Positions 28,973-39,548 of a stretch of DNA of 64,000 bases are shown here, piece by piece. How positions within the stretch are numbered: position 1 is the stretch's first letter; each line of letters starts with the position of its first letter. Origin of the DNA: an uncultured Poribacteria bacterium (lineage in GTDB: Bacteria; Poribacteria; WGA-4E; WGA-3G). The stretch lies in contig OX638351.1 in NCBI GenBank assembly GCA_951813565.1, positions 4,032,001-4,096,000 of the forward strand, in the 5' to 3' direction. Both the position numbers and the translations under genes were made by a program. The notes beneath the pieces were generated by a model. The model was not told the origin of the DNA, ran no database searches, and saw only the letters and a program-made list of their open reading frames with translations.

Positions 28973-31900
28973 CTAAAGTCCTTTTACGATGCATTGTGCA
29001 TGTGAATCTGCATAAGGACAAGAACAACAATGCTCAAGGTTTTTTGTAAAGATGCCCTGCTGCAGCGATGTAATTTGATTTTGCAACTGCTTAGAAATCT
29101 CCGCAAAATCATCGTTGTTGAAGCACATCTGTTCAGAATCGTTTTGTTCCGTAAAATAAAAGGCAATACCCACATTCTGTTCATTTGGATAGGCTTTATG
29201 GAAGAGTAACGCATATAAACCCATTTCTGGTTTACAACATTCTAAATTTTGTGTTTCAAAAATTTTGAAATTGATAATCTGCCATTGCCCAGTTTGATCT
29301 TTAAAAAGCCTATCAAACCGACTTGATATGATATGTCCATTAATATCGGCATGGAGTTGCTGGTTGGTATAGGATTCAGTTGCGGAGAACGCTGTTGCTG
29401 CAAGTTCAGAATTCAGAAAATTATTGATGTGTGTTTCAAGTGTAATTTTTAAATCCTCCGCTGTTGATTGATTTATAGTCTTGAGATAATTCTCGAATGT
29501 TGTCTCAATCAGGTTGTCAAGATTTTCTGCGTGTGGTGGGTGTTTGATTCTTGCAAAGATGTGGCGGATTGCTACCTCCACTTCAGTTTTACCCAAATCT
29601 CTTTGTACTTCATCAATCGGTGGAATTCTTAACACATTTTCCAACTGGTACCGTAATGGACAAAGCGCGTAGTTAGCAAGTTCAGTAACAGAAAAAGAGG
29701 CATCAAAATTTGATGGTCTCAGAGGTAGAAACGGTTTCTCTGGAAAATCATCTGAAAATATTTCATAGGATATTTTATTTGCATCACCAGTGTCATATAC
29801 TTGTTCGATAATCGGAATGTTTAGTTGAAAAGATTCACTATCACCAGTGTTATTTGAATATATTTCCAACATAACAAGTAGGCTAACAGAATCGTTTTCT
29901 TTACTGATTCCAATGTGTTCGTATAACCATTTAAGCATGTTTTGGAGGTTGTTGAAATGATTGAGTGAACCCGATAGGATAAGTCGATCTTCCGCTCGGG
30001 TTGCGCCAACATAAAACAAACGCTTCATTTCGGCTTCATCTTTAGCATTAGCACGTTCTTTCATCAGTTCAACAATCTCTGGCGCAGTTTTCTCGTAACC
30101 CTTCTTTGGATCAAGTGGACTGAAACCGATACCGAGTCTTTCATCAATGAACGGTTCTTTTGCGAATTGCCCTATACGATTTAGACAAGGCAGTATAACC
30201 ACAGGAAATTGTTTGCCTTTAGCGGAATGGATAGTCATAATTTGAACTGATCCGCTGGTATCTTCAATTGGTGCTTGTCCCTCCAGGGGTTCTTCGGTAA
30301 TTAGTGTATCTAAAAAATCAATGAAATTAGTTAGCGTTTGTTCGTTTTCATCGCTATCAAAATTTCTTGCGAGTTCTAAAAGTTTTTGGTAATTTGCCCA
30401 TCGTTGTTGCCCTTGTTTACCTAATTTTAGTGTTCCGATCATTCCTGTTTCATTAACAATCGTTAGAATGAGTTGGTTTACTGGCATGCGGTGGACAACA
30501 TGCATGTGATTTTTTAAGGTATCAATTGCGTTTTGGAGATATTCTGTAGGTGTTTGGTAGTTTAACACTTTTTCCCAGAAACTTTTTCCGTTTTGCAGCG
30601 AAATTTCGTACAGTTCGGTGTCGGATATACCGAAAGCAGGACCGCGCAGGATTCCAACAAGGGATGTCCCATATTCTGATGGCGCGTTAAGAAAGTTGAG
30701 GTAGTTCCAAACATCGTAAATCTCTTGTCGTTGATAGAAACCGACACCTCCTGTCGTGAGATAAGGGATGTCTGCGGAAAGTAGCGCATGTTCAATATCA
30801 GGGAGGTGTCTTCTACTGCGGATGAGGATGGCAATGTCGCCATACTTAATAGGTCGTGGTTCTTCATCTCTATCTTCACCTCGCACCCATACCTTTTCCT
30901 CGTTTTCTATCATTTTTTTAATGTGTTGTGCTATGAGTGTGCATTCGTTGGCTTCCTCGTTGTCATATTGTCCGAGAATGATTTCTATGGCACCGTTTGC
31001 ATCAACAGCGCGCGCTTTGGTAAGAGAGTCATACGACACCTCAAATTCAGTTTCGCTTCCATCCTTCATCAAACGTTCAAAAAAGTGATTAACAAACCCT
31101 ACCGCATCGCGTAGGGAACGGAAATTTTCTTTGAGTTGAATATCCATTCCATCGTTGTTAATTATTTTTTGCTTTGTTTTATCAAAAACGCGTACATCAG
31201 CACCGCGGAATCCATAAATGCTTTGTTTGGGGTCCCCTACGATAAATAGATTCGCATCATTCAATTCGTTTGTAAGTAGCATTACTAATTGATACTGTAA
31301 TTCGTTTGTGTCCTGATATTCGTCTATCATGTAGTATTTGTGGCGATTTACTAATTCCCTGCGGATTTTTTCGTTATTACGGAGTAGATCGCGCGTTTTT
31401 ATTTGTAGGTCGGCAAAGTCAAGTTTACCTTGAGCGAGTTTGTCATTTTGGTATTTCTCAAAGATTTGGGTATAAAGGGTGAGTAAGTCTCGCGTAGTAC
31501 TAAGCAGAAATTCATCATCTGTTTTGTCCGCTTGCATATCAGGTGATGGCACTTCTTTAATCTTCGCTGCAACTGATTCAAGAAATTTGATTTCAGTCTC
31601 AATGGCGGTTGTATCAACACCTTTTTTAAGAAAATTGGTTGTTGCAATGCTACCATTTTTAATAGTAATTAAATCCGCAATCTCTTTAAGCAATTTTAGC
31701 ACATCGGGCGATCTTGGATTTCGATCCGGTAATATTTCTAATTTTGCGTTTAATATATTGACCTCTGATACATTCTTACCTCTGGCAACCTGTAAAACAA
31801 CTGTTAGACATTGGCTGAATTCTTCTATATCAGTTTCTGACGGTAGTCCATCTTGAAAAGCGTTTTTCCATACATCTGGAATCTGTTGATCGGTAGGATT

Positions 31901-32467
31901 AGGATAAACATTTTCTATCAGATTTTCAATTAACTCTCGTTTTTCAACCATATTCGAAAACAGGTCTACCAATTTTTTACGGTTTCCATAGCGTTGCAAA
32001 GAATTACGGAGTTCTGAGTGATGTATATCATTTGGGTTCGTTGCTATCTCTTTGAGAGTATTTTTTATAATTTGTTGAAGTAAAAGTTTTTGGTCTATGC
32101 CTTGTAGAATACTGAAGTTGGCAGGTGCATACGCTTGAAAGGGGAATTCTCTCAAGATACGTGAGCAGAATGCGTGAACAGTTGAAATAGGTGCTGTGTT
32201 CATCTGCTCAATATACTTTTCCCGTATATCTGAATTTTGAGGTTCATTCAGTTTTTGGATAATACGTCCTTTCATCTCGGCAGCAGCTTTATCTGTAAAT
32301 GTGATGGCGACGATCTTTTCTGGACTAACGTCTGCCGTCCGCAAAATTTCGAGATAGCGGTCAACCAACACAGTGGTTTTTCCCGATCCTGCCCCTGCTG
32401 TGACGCAAATATGTTGTTTAATACTGAGAGCTTCTCGCTGGTTAGGTGTAAGGTTCATTTTTTTCAT
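28973..32467 (-). CDS. UvrD/AddA-like SF1 helicase with degenerate C-terminal nuclease domain
   Basis: AGAGSGKT, ITFT.KAA.EM, DEYQDTN, VGDPKQSIYGFRGA, MTIH.AKG and YVGATRA motifs; four Cys in an Fe-S-like pattern at the C-terminus. Confidence 0.85.
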   Translation of the reverse strand: MKKMNLTPNQREALSIKQHICVTAGAGSGKTTVLVDRYLEILRTADVSPEKIVAITFTDKAAAEMKGRIIQKLNEPQNSDIREKYIEQMNTAPISTVHAFCSRILREFPFQAYAPANFSILQGIDQKLLLQQIIKNTLKEIATNPNDIHHSELRNSLQRYGNRKKLVDLFSNMVEKRELIENLIENVYPNPTDQQIPDVWKNAFQDGLPSETDIEEFSQCLTVVLQVARGKNVSEVNILNAKLEILPDRNPRSPDVLKLLKEIADLITIKNGSIATTNFLKKGVDTTAIETEIKFLESVAAKIKEVPSPDMQADKTDDEFLLSTTRDLLTLYTQIFEKYQNDKLAQGKLDFADLQIKTRDLLRNNEKIRRELVNRHKYYMIDEYQDTNELQYQLVMLLTNELNDANLFIVGDPKQSIYGFRGADVRVFDKTKQKIINNDGMDIQLKENFRSLRDAVGFVNHFFERLMKDGSETEFEVSYDSLTKARAVDANGAIEIILGQYDNEEANECTLIAQHIKKMIENEEKVWVRGEDRDEEPRPIKYGDIAILIRSRRHLPDIEHALLSADIPYLTTGGVGFYQRQEIYDVWNYLNFLNAPSEYGTSLVGILRGPAFGISDTELYEISLQNGKSFWEKVLNYQTPTEYLQNAIDTLKNHMHVVHRMPVNQLILTIVNETGMIGTLKLGKQGQQRWANYQKLLELARNFDSDENEQTLTNFIDFLDTLITEEPLEGQAPIEDTSGSVQIMTIHSAKGKQFPVVILPCLNRIGQFAKEPFIDERLGIGFSPLDPKKGYEKTAPEIVELMKERANAKDEAEMKRLFYVGATRAEDRLILSGSLNHFNNLQNMLKWLYEHIGISKENDSVSLLVMLEIYSNNTGDSESFQLNIPIIEQVYDTGDANKISYEIFSDDFPEKPFLPLRPSNFDASFSVTELANYALCPLRYQLENVLRIPPIDEVQRDLGKTEVEVAIRHIFARIKHPPHAENLDNLIETTFENYLKTINQSTAEDLKITLETHINNFLNSELAATAFSATESYTNQQLHADINGHIISSRFDRLFKDQTGQWQIINFKIFETQNLECCKPEMGLYALLFHKAYPNEQNVGIAFYFTEQNDSEQMCFNNDDFAEISKQLQNQITSLQQGIFTKNLEHCCSCPYADSHAQCIVKGL

Positions 32468-32494
32468 TGTGGTCGCTGATTATTCAGTAAATTG

Positions 32495-33568
32495 CTAATT
32501 GTTTATAGGTAAAGGAACGATTGCTTTTGGGGACATTGAAATGTTTACGGTATCTCCTGATTTTTTTGTTTTAGTGCCCGGGTTATGAATGATGGCTTTG
32601 AGTTTCAGCGTGTCTGCTATTTTCAATTCGTATTCCTCAACTCTACCGAGATAGGTCACTGCACCGACTTTCGCGGCTAATCGGTTTAGAGTAGCGTTTC
32701 CATTTAGGTGAATCGTCTCTGGACGAATGGAACAGCTTACCTCTTGTCCAGGGATGAAATTATGATGTACACTTTCGGAGTGGAGCAAACCGACTGATGT
32801 TTCAATCGTGGCTTTACCGTTGTCTATTTCTTTAATATTACCTGTTATGAAGTTTGTTTCTCCCACAAAACTTGCTACAAAAGGATCAGCGGGATATTGA
32901 TAAATTTCGCGCGGGGTGCCGACTTGGACAAAAACACCATCTTTCATGATTGCCATTCGGTCTGCCATAGAAATTGCTTCAACTTGATCATGTGTTACAT
33001 AGAGAGTCGTGATTTGTGTGCGGTTGTGGATGTCTTTGATTTCGTCTCGTAGGTTTTGGCGGAGTGCAGCGTCCAAATTGCTCAGTGGTTCGTCAAGTAG
33101 TAGGACGCTCGGTTCAATTACTAATGCCCGTGCAAGTGCTATGCGTTGCTGTTGCCCACCGGAAAGCGTGTTAACAGGGCGATCGCGGTATTCGGACATC
33201 TGGACCATCTCAAGCGCGTCTGTAATTTTTTTATGTCGGGTAGGTTTATCAAGTTTGCGGAGTCTGAGACCATATTCAATGTTTTCAGCGACGGTCATGT
33301 GTGGCCAAAGCGCATAGTTTTGAAACACCATGCCGGTGTTGCGTTGGTGTGGTGGAATGTTATTCATCACATCACCGTCGAATCTAAGCTCTCCAGCATC
33401 TGGACGATAGAATCCTGCCAGAACGCGGAGCAACGTTGATTTACCACAACCTGAGGGTCCAAGCAGAAAAAACAATTCACCAGGGGCAATAGTCAAGGAT
33501 ATATTATTGACAGCCACGGTGGTATCAAATGCTTTTGTTATTTGGTTTAATTCGACACTAATTGACAT
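32495..33568 (-). CDS. ABC transporter ATP-binding protein (PotA/FbpC type, TOBE domain)
   Basis: GPSGCGKS, LSGGQQQR, LLLDEP and VTHDQ motifs. Confidence 0.92.
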   Translation of the reverse strand: MSISVELNQITKAFDTTVAVNNISLTIAPGELFFLLGPSGCGKSTLLRVLAGFYRPDAGELRFDGDVMNNIPPHQRNTGMVFQNYALWPHMTVAENIEYGLRLRKLDKPTRHKKITDALEMVQMSEYRDRPVNTLSGGQQQRIALARALVIEPSVLLLDEPLSNLDAALRQNLRDEIKDIHNRTQITTLYVTHDQVEAISMADRMAIMKDGVFVQVGTPREIYQYPADPFVASFVGETNFITGNIKEIDNGKATIETSVGLLHSESVHHNFIPGQEVSCSIRPETIHLNGNATLNRLAAKVGAVTYLGRVEEYELKIADTLKLKAIIHNPGTKTKKSGDTVNISMSPKAIVPLPINN

Positions 33569-33685
33569 ATAACAGATACCTCAACCTAACTTAGACGAGA
33601 CTCACTACTACAGCGTAGGATTGTATAAATAGAATGATGTACTGCTTGTTCATCTATGTTCCTGACGCATCAGAAGTTTATATTG

Positions 33686-33900
33686 TCCGTTGGGTAGAGT
33701 TTGCGAAACCCATAGACGTCAATATAAGAAGACAAGCGTTCGTAGTCGCGCAATTCATAGCGCCTCTTTCTGTTGAATCTCGGATTTTTCCCTTTTTCTT
33801 GTAGGAGCGAACTCCTGGTCGCGACATATTACGAACGATCGCGAGCTGGAGCTCGCTCCTACAGAAGAAATCGGGTTGAAAACCCCTCCTACAAGAAGAT
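33686..33900. repeat. Cluster of GTAG-type REP hairpins plus a one-ended hairpin-duplicating MITE remnant
   Basis: GGGTAGAGTTTGCGAAACCC-ATAGACGTCAAT; GTAGTCGCGCAATT; inverted pair GTAGGAGCGA...TCGCTCCTAC; TCGGGTTGAAAACCCCTCCTACAAG. Confidence 0.7.
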
Positions 33901-33958
33901 ATATCCTTAACGTATGTGATAAAATGTGTCAGAATGTAGAAAACTAAATAATCCTGGC

Positions 33959-34771
33959 TTATTCATTTATATCCTTGACGCATCGGAAACCGATAGTGCT
34001 TCCTGTCGTGAGGTGATACCATCGGTCGGCAACACGCAGATCGTCAGGACTTCCACCCCAACCACCACCACGTAAAATACGAAAATTTTCATTATCAGGA
34101 GCGAATTTTCTGCCGTAACGCGGATTGTTTTTGGGAGACGTTTCATAGAATTCACCGTTATACTCATCAAAACACCATTCCCAGACGTTTCCTGCCGTAT
34201 CGTATAAATCGAAACCGTTTGGCAGAAAACTCCCGACAGGTGCTGTCCATTTCCACTTATCTACACCACCTACACCACCAAAATTCGCATCATCATGGGT
34301 AATTATATCACCGGATGGGTACTTTTTTCCAATGAGATTACCGCGTGCTGCATACTCCCATTCAGCCTCAGTCGGTAGCCTTTTACTTGCCCAGTTTGCA
34401 TAAGCAACAGCATCATGCCATGTCACATTAACGACTGGACCGTCAGGCTTGTTGAACTTTGGGTCGTGCCACAAAGGTGGTGTCGGATATCCGGTCGCTA
34501 ATACGAACTGTTGGTAGCGTGCATTTGTAACTTCGTGTATGTCCATATAGAAGGCATCAACAAAAACCTCATGGACTGGATATTCATCTGAGTCCCCCGT
34601 GCCTTCCTTCGGATTACCCATCTGAAAAGTTCCGGATGGGATCAGACGCATTTGCGCACCATCAATCGGAGAGACGATTATTTCAGTTATCTCCTTTGAC
34701 GGGACAGCATTTTGAGAAGTCTCCATACATGCACAAAAGAAACAGATTGAAAGCAGAAAAATGCCTTTCAT
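33959..34771 (-). CDS. FGE-sulfatase (SUMF1) domain lipoprotein, probably non-catalytic
   Basis: F.MG, EVTN..Y, RLPTEAEWEYAARG, GNVWEW, RGG.W and GFRC motifs; FGE catalytic Cys pair not seen; start re-called at MKGIFLL. Confidence 0.85.
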   Translation of the reverse strand: MKGIFLLSICFFCACMETSQNAVPSKEITEIIVSPIDGAQMRLIPSGTFQMGNPKEGTGDSDEYPVHEVFVDAFYMDIHEVTNARYQQFVLATGYPTPPLWHDPKFNKPDGPVVNVTWHDAVAYANWASKRLPTEAEWEYAARGNLIGKKYPSGDIITHDDANFGGVGGVDKWKWTAPVGSFLPNGFDLYDTAGNVWEWCFDEYNGEFYETSPKNNPRYGRKFAPDNENFRILRGGGWGGSPDDLRVADRWYHLTTGSTIGFRCVKDINE

Positions 34772-34772
34772 A

Positions 34773-36236
34773 CTAATTTTCAGGAACCTTTCCAAATTTG
34801 GAAGCAACCTCTGCTGCAGTTTCAATCAATCGTTTCTGTTCTTTTTCGTAAACTGTTCGCACATCAAACCATAGCTGCTCATCTTGAACCCGCCCTATGA
34901 TAGGTGTGCTGCCGTGCCTGAAATATTCCGCAAGTTTCCCAACAGAAATCTTCAACGGATTTAACACTATGGCGACACTCGGTAGTGTTTCAACCGGCAG
35001 TGAGCCACTTCCGATTTGCGAATGTGTCTCTGCAATATCAACCGCAACGGTTTCTGCAAAAATTTTTTTGAGTCTGCCTACAATTTCGTTTGCAGTAATG
35101 TGCAGATCGTCAATGGGTCGAGTATAACGCTGAAGCATTGGGAACTGTGTTAAAAGGGTATCTGGATTAAAGTAAGCCTGCAAGGTTGCCGATAATGCTG
35201 CGATAGTCAGTTTATCTACGCGTAGTGCACGCATCAGCGGATTCTTACGGATTTGCTGAATCCATTCGGCTTTTCCGGCTATAATGCCTGCTTGTGGCCC
35301 GCCCAGTAACTTGTCACCGCTAAAAGTTACAATGTCTACCCCCCAAGTTATTCTATCAGCAACAACGGGTTCATGGGGAAGTCCATAGGTAGAAAGATCT
35401 ATTAGCGCACCGCTGCCTAAATCCTCCATCGTTGGGATACCGTGTTCGGTGCCAAGTTGTGTCAATTCGTTCATTTCAGGTGTTGTTGTAAAACCGACAA
35501 TCTTATAATTGCTTGGATGAACCTTTAATATGAGTGCTGTATTTTCGTTAATTGCATCCGCATAATCGCGAAGATGCGTCCGATTTGTCGTTCCTACCTC
35601 CCTGAGAATAGCCCCACTGGCTATCATTACGTCAGGGATTCGGAAGGCACCGCCTATTTCAATTAATTCGCCGCGTGATACGATTACTTCTCTGCCTTGT
35701 GCTACGGTCTGCAGAGCAATTAACACAGCTGCTGCATTGTTATTAACGACTGTTGATGCTTCACATCCTGTTAATTGTTGAAGGAGGGGTTCCGTAATCC
35801 TATCTCTGTGCCCACGCTTGCCTGTTTCAATGTCATACTCCAAGTTGACGTAATTCTGTGCTGCTTCTTGAAGACTTTCACACGCAGTAGGCGATAGCAA
35901 GGCGCGACCAAGGTTTGTGTGCGTAACAGTTCCAGTTGCGTTAACGACGGTACAGAGTGAAGAACAGGTCTTCTCCTCAATTCGTCGGCGCGCCAACGCG
36001 GCGTATTCTTCTAATTTGGGCAGTTCCGGTTTCGTATTTCCCTGAAGTATTTGGTCTCGAATGTCAGAAACGATTGACCGTAGTGCTGCTGTTACAAGTG
36101 ATCGAGCGTAAGAATTTTGCAGTGCCTGTATCTCCGGCAGCGATAGAAGTTTTTCAATCGCCGGGAGTTGGCGCAGCAAGATTTTACCATTATCACTGTT
36201 TTGTTCATCTGTTTTGATAGTCAATTTCTTTTCCAA
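34773..36236 (-). CDS. selA: L-seryl-tRNA(Sec) selenium transferase
   Basis: NATG...HTNLGRA, VNNNAAA, SRGELIEIGGAFRIPD, EVGTTNRT and FSGDKLLGGPQ motifs. Confidence 0.95.
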   Translation of the reverse strand: MEKKLTIKTDEQNSDNGKILLRQLPAIEKLLSLPEIQALQNSYARSLVTAALRSIVSDIRDQILQGNTKPELPKLEEYAALARRRIEEKTCSSLCTVVNATGTVTHTNLGRALLSPTACESLQEAAQNYVNLEYDIETGKRGHRDRITEPLLQQLTGCEASTVVNNNAAAVLIALQTVAQGREVIVSRGELIEIGGAFRIPDVMIASGAILREVGTTNRTHLRDYADAINENTALILKVHPSNYKIVGFTTTPEMNELTQLGTEHGIPTMEDLGSGALIDLSTYGLPHEPVVADRITWGVDIVTFSGDKLLGGPQAGIIAGKAEWIQQIRKNPLMRALRVDKLTIAALSATLQAYFNPDTLLTQFPMLQRYTRPIDDLHITANEIVGRLKKIFAETVAVDIAETHSQIGSGSLPVETLPSVAIVLNPLKISVGKLAEYFRHGSTPIIGRVQDEQLWFDVRTVYEKEQKRLIETAAEVASKFGKVPEN

Positions 36237-36283
36237 AATAAATGGGATAGTTGTATCGAAAAAGTGCTTACTTATCTATTTTA

Positions 36284-36778
36284 ACGTGAGTTTAATAATT
36301 AAATTGAATATAGTAGGTTGGGTAGAGCGAAGCGAAACCCATAAATCAACGCTATGAATGCCTTTTGGCGGAATACGCTTTTGGTATTCCGCATGATTCA
36401 GCCAAATCAACGCAGCATGCGCCAAATCAACGCCAAATGCGCTTTTTGGCATTTGGCGGGTGTCAATTTAAGGATTTATTTTAGGTTTCACACACTTTAA
36501 CCCAAACAACACCGTAACCCGATTGTAGGGGCGGGTCTCTGTGCCCGCCCGTTGTTTGAATACATCAGCAATGGCGGGGCACCAAATCAAGAAATCAACG
36601 GTATGAATCATGGCGAATGCCAAAAGCGCATTCGTCTTTAGTCATTCACCGGGTATGAATGCCTTATGTCATTCCCCGGGACCCCGCCCTACAAGGTTTG
36701 ACGGGATTTATCCCCTAAATTGACGCCTATGGGTAGAGCGAAGCGAAACCCAACCTACGGGATTTATCAAACCCACGT
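36284..36778. mobile_element. MITE family A with nested elements
   Basis: ACGTGAGTTTAATAA / TTATCAAACCCACGT ends; TSD TATTTTA. Confidence 0.75.
36341..36730. mobile_element. Hairpin-duplicating MITE, copy 2, with two mini-hairpin clusters (about 36343-36457 and 36583-36677)
   Basis: Perfect 21-bp direct repeat at 36320-36340 / 36731-36751; left TIR split by hairpin modules. Confidence 0.8.
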
Positions 36779-36945
36779 TATTTTATGAAGATAAATTTTA
36801 TCAAATTAACCTTCAATTGTCAAACTAATATATAAACCGAACAGTCTTGTAAATTAAAAACACCAATTATCTCTATAGTTGTGATAAAATATGAATTAGG
36901 AGTATAAACAGAACGATACAAACAGAAATTTAGGGAGTTGCGAAC

Positions 36946-37785
36946 ATGCCCGAACAACTTTTCATCAGTCAAGAATTTACACCTATTAACGGATTTACGT
37001 CTGGAATCGAGGGGCCTGCCTGCGATGCCGATGGCAATCTATATGCCGTTAACTTTGAACGGCAACACACTATCGGTAAGGTAACACCTGATGCCGAAGC
37101 AAGCGTTTTTGTAGAACTACCTACCGGTAGTATTGGAAATGGAATCCGTTTCAATAGTGAAGGCTTCATGCTCATTGCAGACTATACGAACCACAATGTC
37201 CTAAAGGTGGATATGCAAACGCGCGAAATTAGCGTTCACGCACACGAACCGACAATGAATCAACCGAATGACCTTGCAATCGGTGCTAATGATATTCTCT
37301 ACGCCAGCGATCCCAATTGGGGCGAGTCAACTGGGCAGATTTGGCGTGTGGATACAGACGGACAGGTTACACTGTTGGAAGCGGGTATGGGTACGACAAA
37401 CGGCATTGAGGTTAGTCCCGATGAAAAGGTACTTTATGTAAACGAATCGGCACAGCGTAACATCTGGGCTTATGACCTATCGTCTGCTGGAGAGATCAGC
37501 AATAAGCGGTTATTAATTCAGTTTCCAGATTTTAATATGGACGGAATGCGGTGTGATATTGAAGGCAATCTTTATGTCACTCGGCACGGCAAGGGTACAG
37601 TGGCAAAACTTTCGCCAGAAGGGGAAGTACTATTAGAGATTGAATTGACAGGCAAACTCTGTACCAATATCGCTTTCGGCGGTCCAGATGGATGCACATG
37701 CTACGTCACAATGGCTGACCGCGGGAATGTAGAGGTATTTCGCGCCGACATTCCCGGTAGGAGTTGGCGGCTATTCCAACGATAA
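36946..37785 (+). CDS. SMP-30/gluconolactonase/LRE family protein
   Basis: EGP, PND, NGI..SPD..LYV, DGM..D..GN and TN..FGG motifs. Confidence 0.9.
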   Translation: MPEQLFISQEFTPINGFTSGIEGPACDADGNLYAVNFERQHTIGKVTPDAEASVFVELPTGSIGNGIRFNSEGFMLIADYTNHNVLKVDMQTREISVHAHEPTMNQPNDLAIGANDILYASDPNWGESTGQIWRVDTDGQVTLLEAGMGTTNGIEVSPDEKVLYVNESAQRNIWAYDLSSAGEISNKRLLIQFPDFNMDGMRCDIEGNLYVTRHGKGTVAKLSPEGEVLLEIELTGKLCTNIAFGGPDGCTCYVTMADRGNVEVFRADIPGRSWRLFQR

Positions 37786-37994
37786 AGAGACATCCAATTG
37801 TTGAGTTTTCTTATTGAAAAATAAAGGATATAGTTTCCAAAAGTTGTATGAGGCACAATGAATTGCGCTTAAACGCTTTTGTTTTTCTATCCAGATCAAC
37901 CCGAATAGGCTTGGCAGAATACACGTGTGGTATTCTACATGATTCGTCGGATAGAACCCTCTAACAATATCAGGTGCGGTTAGGAAACTGCACC

Positions 37995-38403
37995 ATAGGC
38001 GTCAATTTAGGGGATAAATCCCGTCAAACCTTGTAGGGCGGGGTCCCTGTGCCCCATAGGCGTCAATTTAAGCACATAATTACCAGATTGTCTCTTGTGG
38101 GAGTGAATCAACGCCAAATGCGCTTTTTGGCATTTGGCGGGTTTGTAACCCCGATTTTGTGAACCTAAACTAATTAAATCGGGGTTACAAACCCGCAGCA
38201 TGTCACACGCGCATGCTGCGTTGATTCACTCCTACAAGAAAATCTATCCTTAAATTGACGCCTATGGGCGGGTCTCTGTGCCCCGCCATTGCTGATGTAT
38301 TCAAACAACGGGCGGGCACAGAGACCCGCCCTACAATCGGGTTACGGTGTTGTTTGGGTTAAAATGTGTGAAACCTGAAATAAATCCTTAAATTGACACC
38401 TAT
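37995..38403. mobile_element. Hairpin-duplicating MITE, copy 3 (inverted homologue of copy 2), containing nested copy 4 at 38056-38265
   Basis: 21-bp DR GTGCGGTTAGGAAACTGCACC at 37974-37994 / 38404-38424; inner copy flanked by an imperfect 19-20-bp DR and carrying modules at 38104-38138 and 38195-38228. Confidence 0.8.
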
Positions 38404-38519
38404 GTGCGGTTAGGAAACTGCACCTACCAGGTTAGGGTAATCGTGGTTGGAAACACCTCTAACTATGGTGACTTGTGCAATTGAATGTCTCTGGTTCATA
38501 TATAAAAAGTTTGACATTA

Positions 38520-39427
38520 TAGTTAAAATCATAAATATATTTACATTTTTCCGTTTTTGTGATAATAGTTATATTATGAGATATTCACAAGACTTACGAA
38601 AACGCGTTCTTGATTTCATAGCAGATGGTAATAGTAAAGCAGAAACTTCTCGCAGATTTCAAGTTTCACGCCGTTGTATCTATAACTGGTTAGACGCAGC
38701 CGACCCTTTTACTTACGAAAAACCGGGGCCTCGTAAACCTTATCGGCTTGACCCAGAAGCACTCGCTGAACATGTCAAAGAGTTCCCAGACAGCACGCAG
38801 AAAGAACGCGCTGCACATTTTGGCGTGTCGCAGCGTTGTATCTGTTATCGTCTGAAAAAGATCGGATACACACGTAAAAAAAGACATTCACCTACAAGGA
38901 ACAATGCGCTGTAAAACAGGATACCTATCGCGCTCAGCTTCAGATGGCACTTCAAAACGGAAAAATACCTGTTTTTGTTGATGAAAGCGGTTTTACTACA
39001 GAAAGTGTTCGGCAGTATGCTTATGCGCCGAAAGGAGTTTGCGTTACGGATAAAATCTCAAGTAATCGGTATAGAAGCACAACGCTCATTGCTGCGCAAA
39101 TCCAGGGGCGTTTTACAGCACCTGTGCTTTTTGAAGGTGCTTGTGATACGCTTGCCTTCAATGCGTGCGTGGCTTGAGAATGTGCTGTGTCCACTACTTG
39201 ACGCATCGCATGTTGTCATATTGGATAATGCGTCTTTCCATAAAAGCCAGCAAACAGAGGCATTGATTACTGCTTCCGGTGCGAGTTTACTTTTTTTACC
39301 TCCGTATTCGCCTCAACTTAATCCTATTGAAAGAGATTTTGCGAACATAAAGCGCAAATGGGAATACAATGCCGAAGCGTCAATTGACGAAATCATAAAA
39401 ATGTCCAAGTAATTATGGTTTCCACTA
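38520..39427 (+). mobile_element. IS630-family IS with frameshifted transposase (from ATG 38576 to 39412)
   Basis: TA-flanked TAGT..ACTA imperfect TIRs; YS.DLR.RV HTH; A7G slippery site at 38876-38883; DESG, DNASFH and LPPYSPQLNPIE motifs; additional 4-bp GCGT duplication at 39163-39170 breaks the frame. Confidence 0.9.
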
Positions 39428-39548
39428 TAATTCAGATTTCGTGTAGATTATATCTATCATCAGACGTGCTTTCTTAGACACAGAAAAAGTTTGTTGACTC
39501 GCCAGCGGAGAAGGAGTTAGAACAGTGGACAGAAATGGAAGGTAAAAA

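Noticed and set aside
32495..33568. ABC ATPase without permease or binding protein
   Set aside because: Commonly dispersed; no unusual feature.
34773..36236. selA suggesting UGA readthrough genes or tRNA-Sec nearby
   Set aside because: No tRNA recognised; the only in-frame TGA noted is in a dead transposase.
36341..38403. Composite transposon that delivered the gluconolactonase gene
   Set aside because: Each MITE has its own distinct flanking duplication, indicating separate insertions.
38447..38575. Upstream extension of IS630 orfA
   Set aside because: Crosses the IS left end; the real start is ATG 38576.
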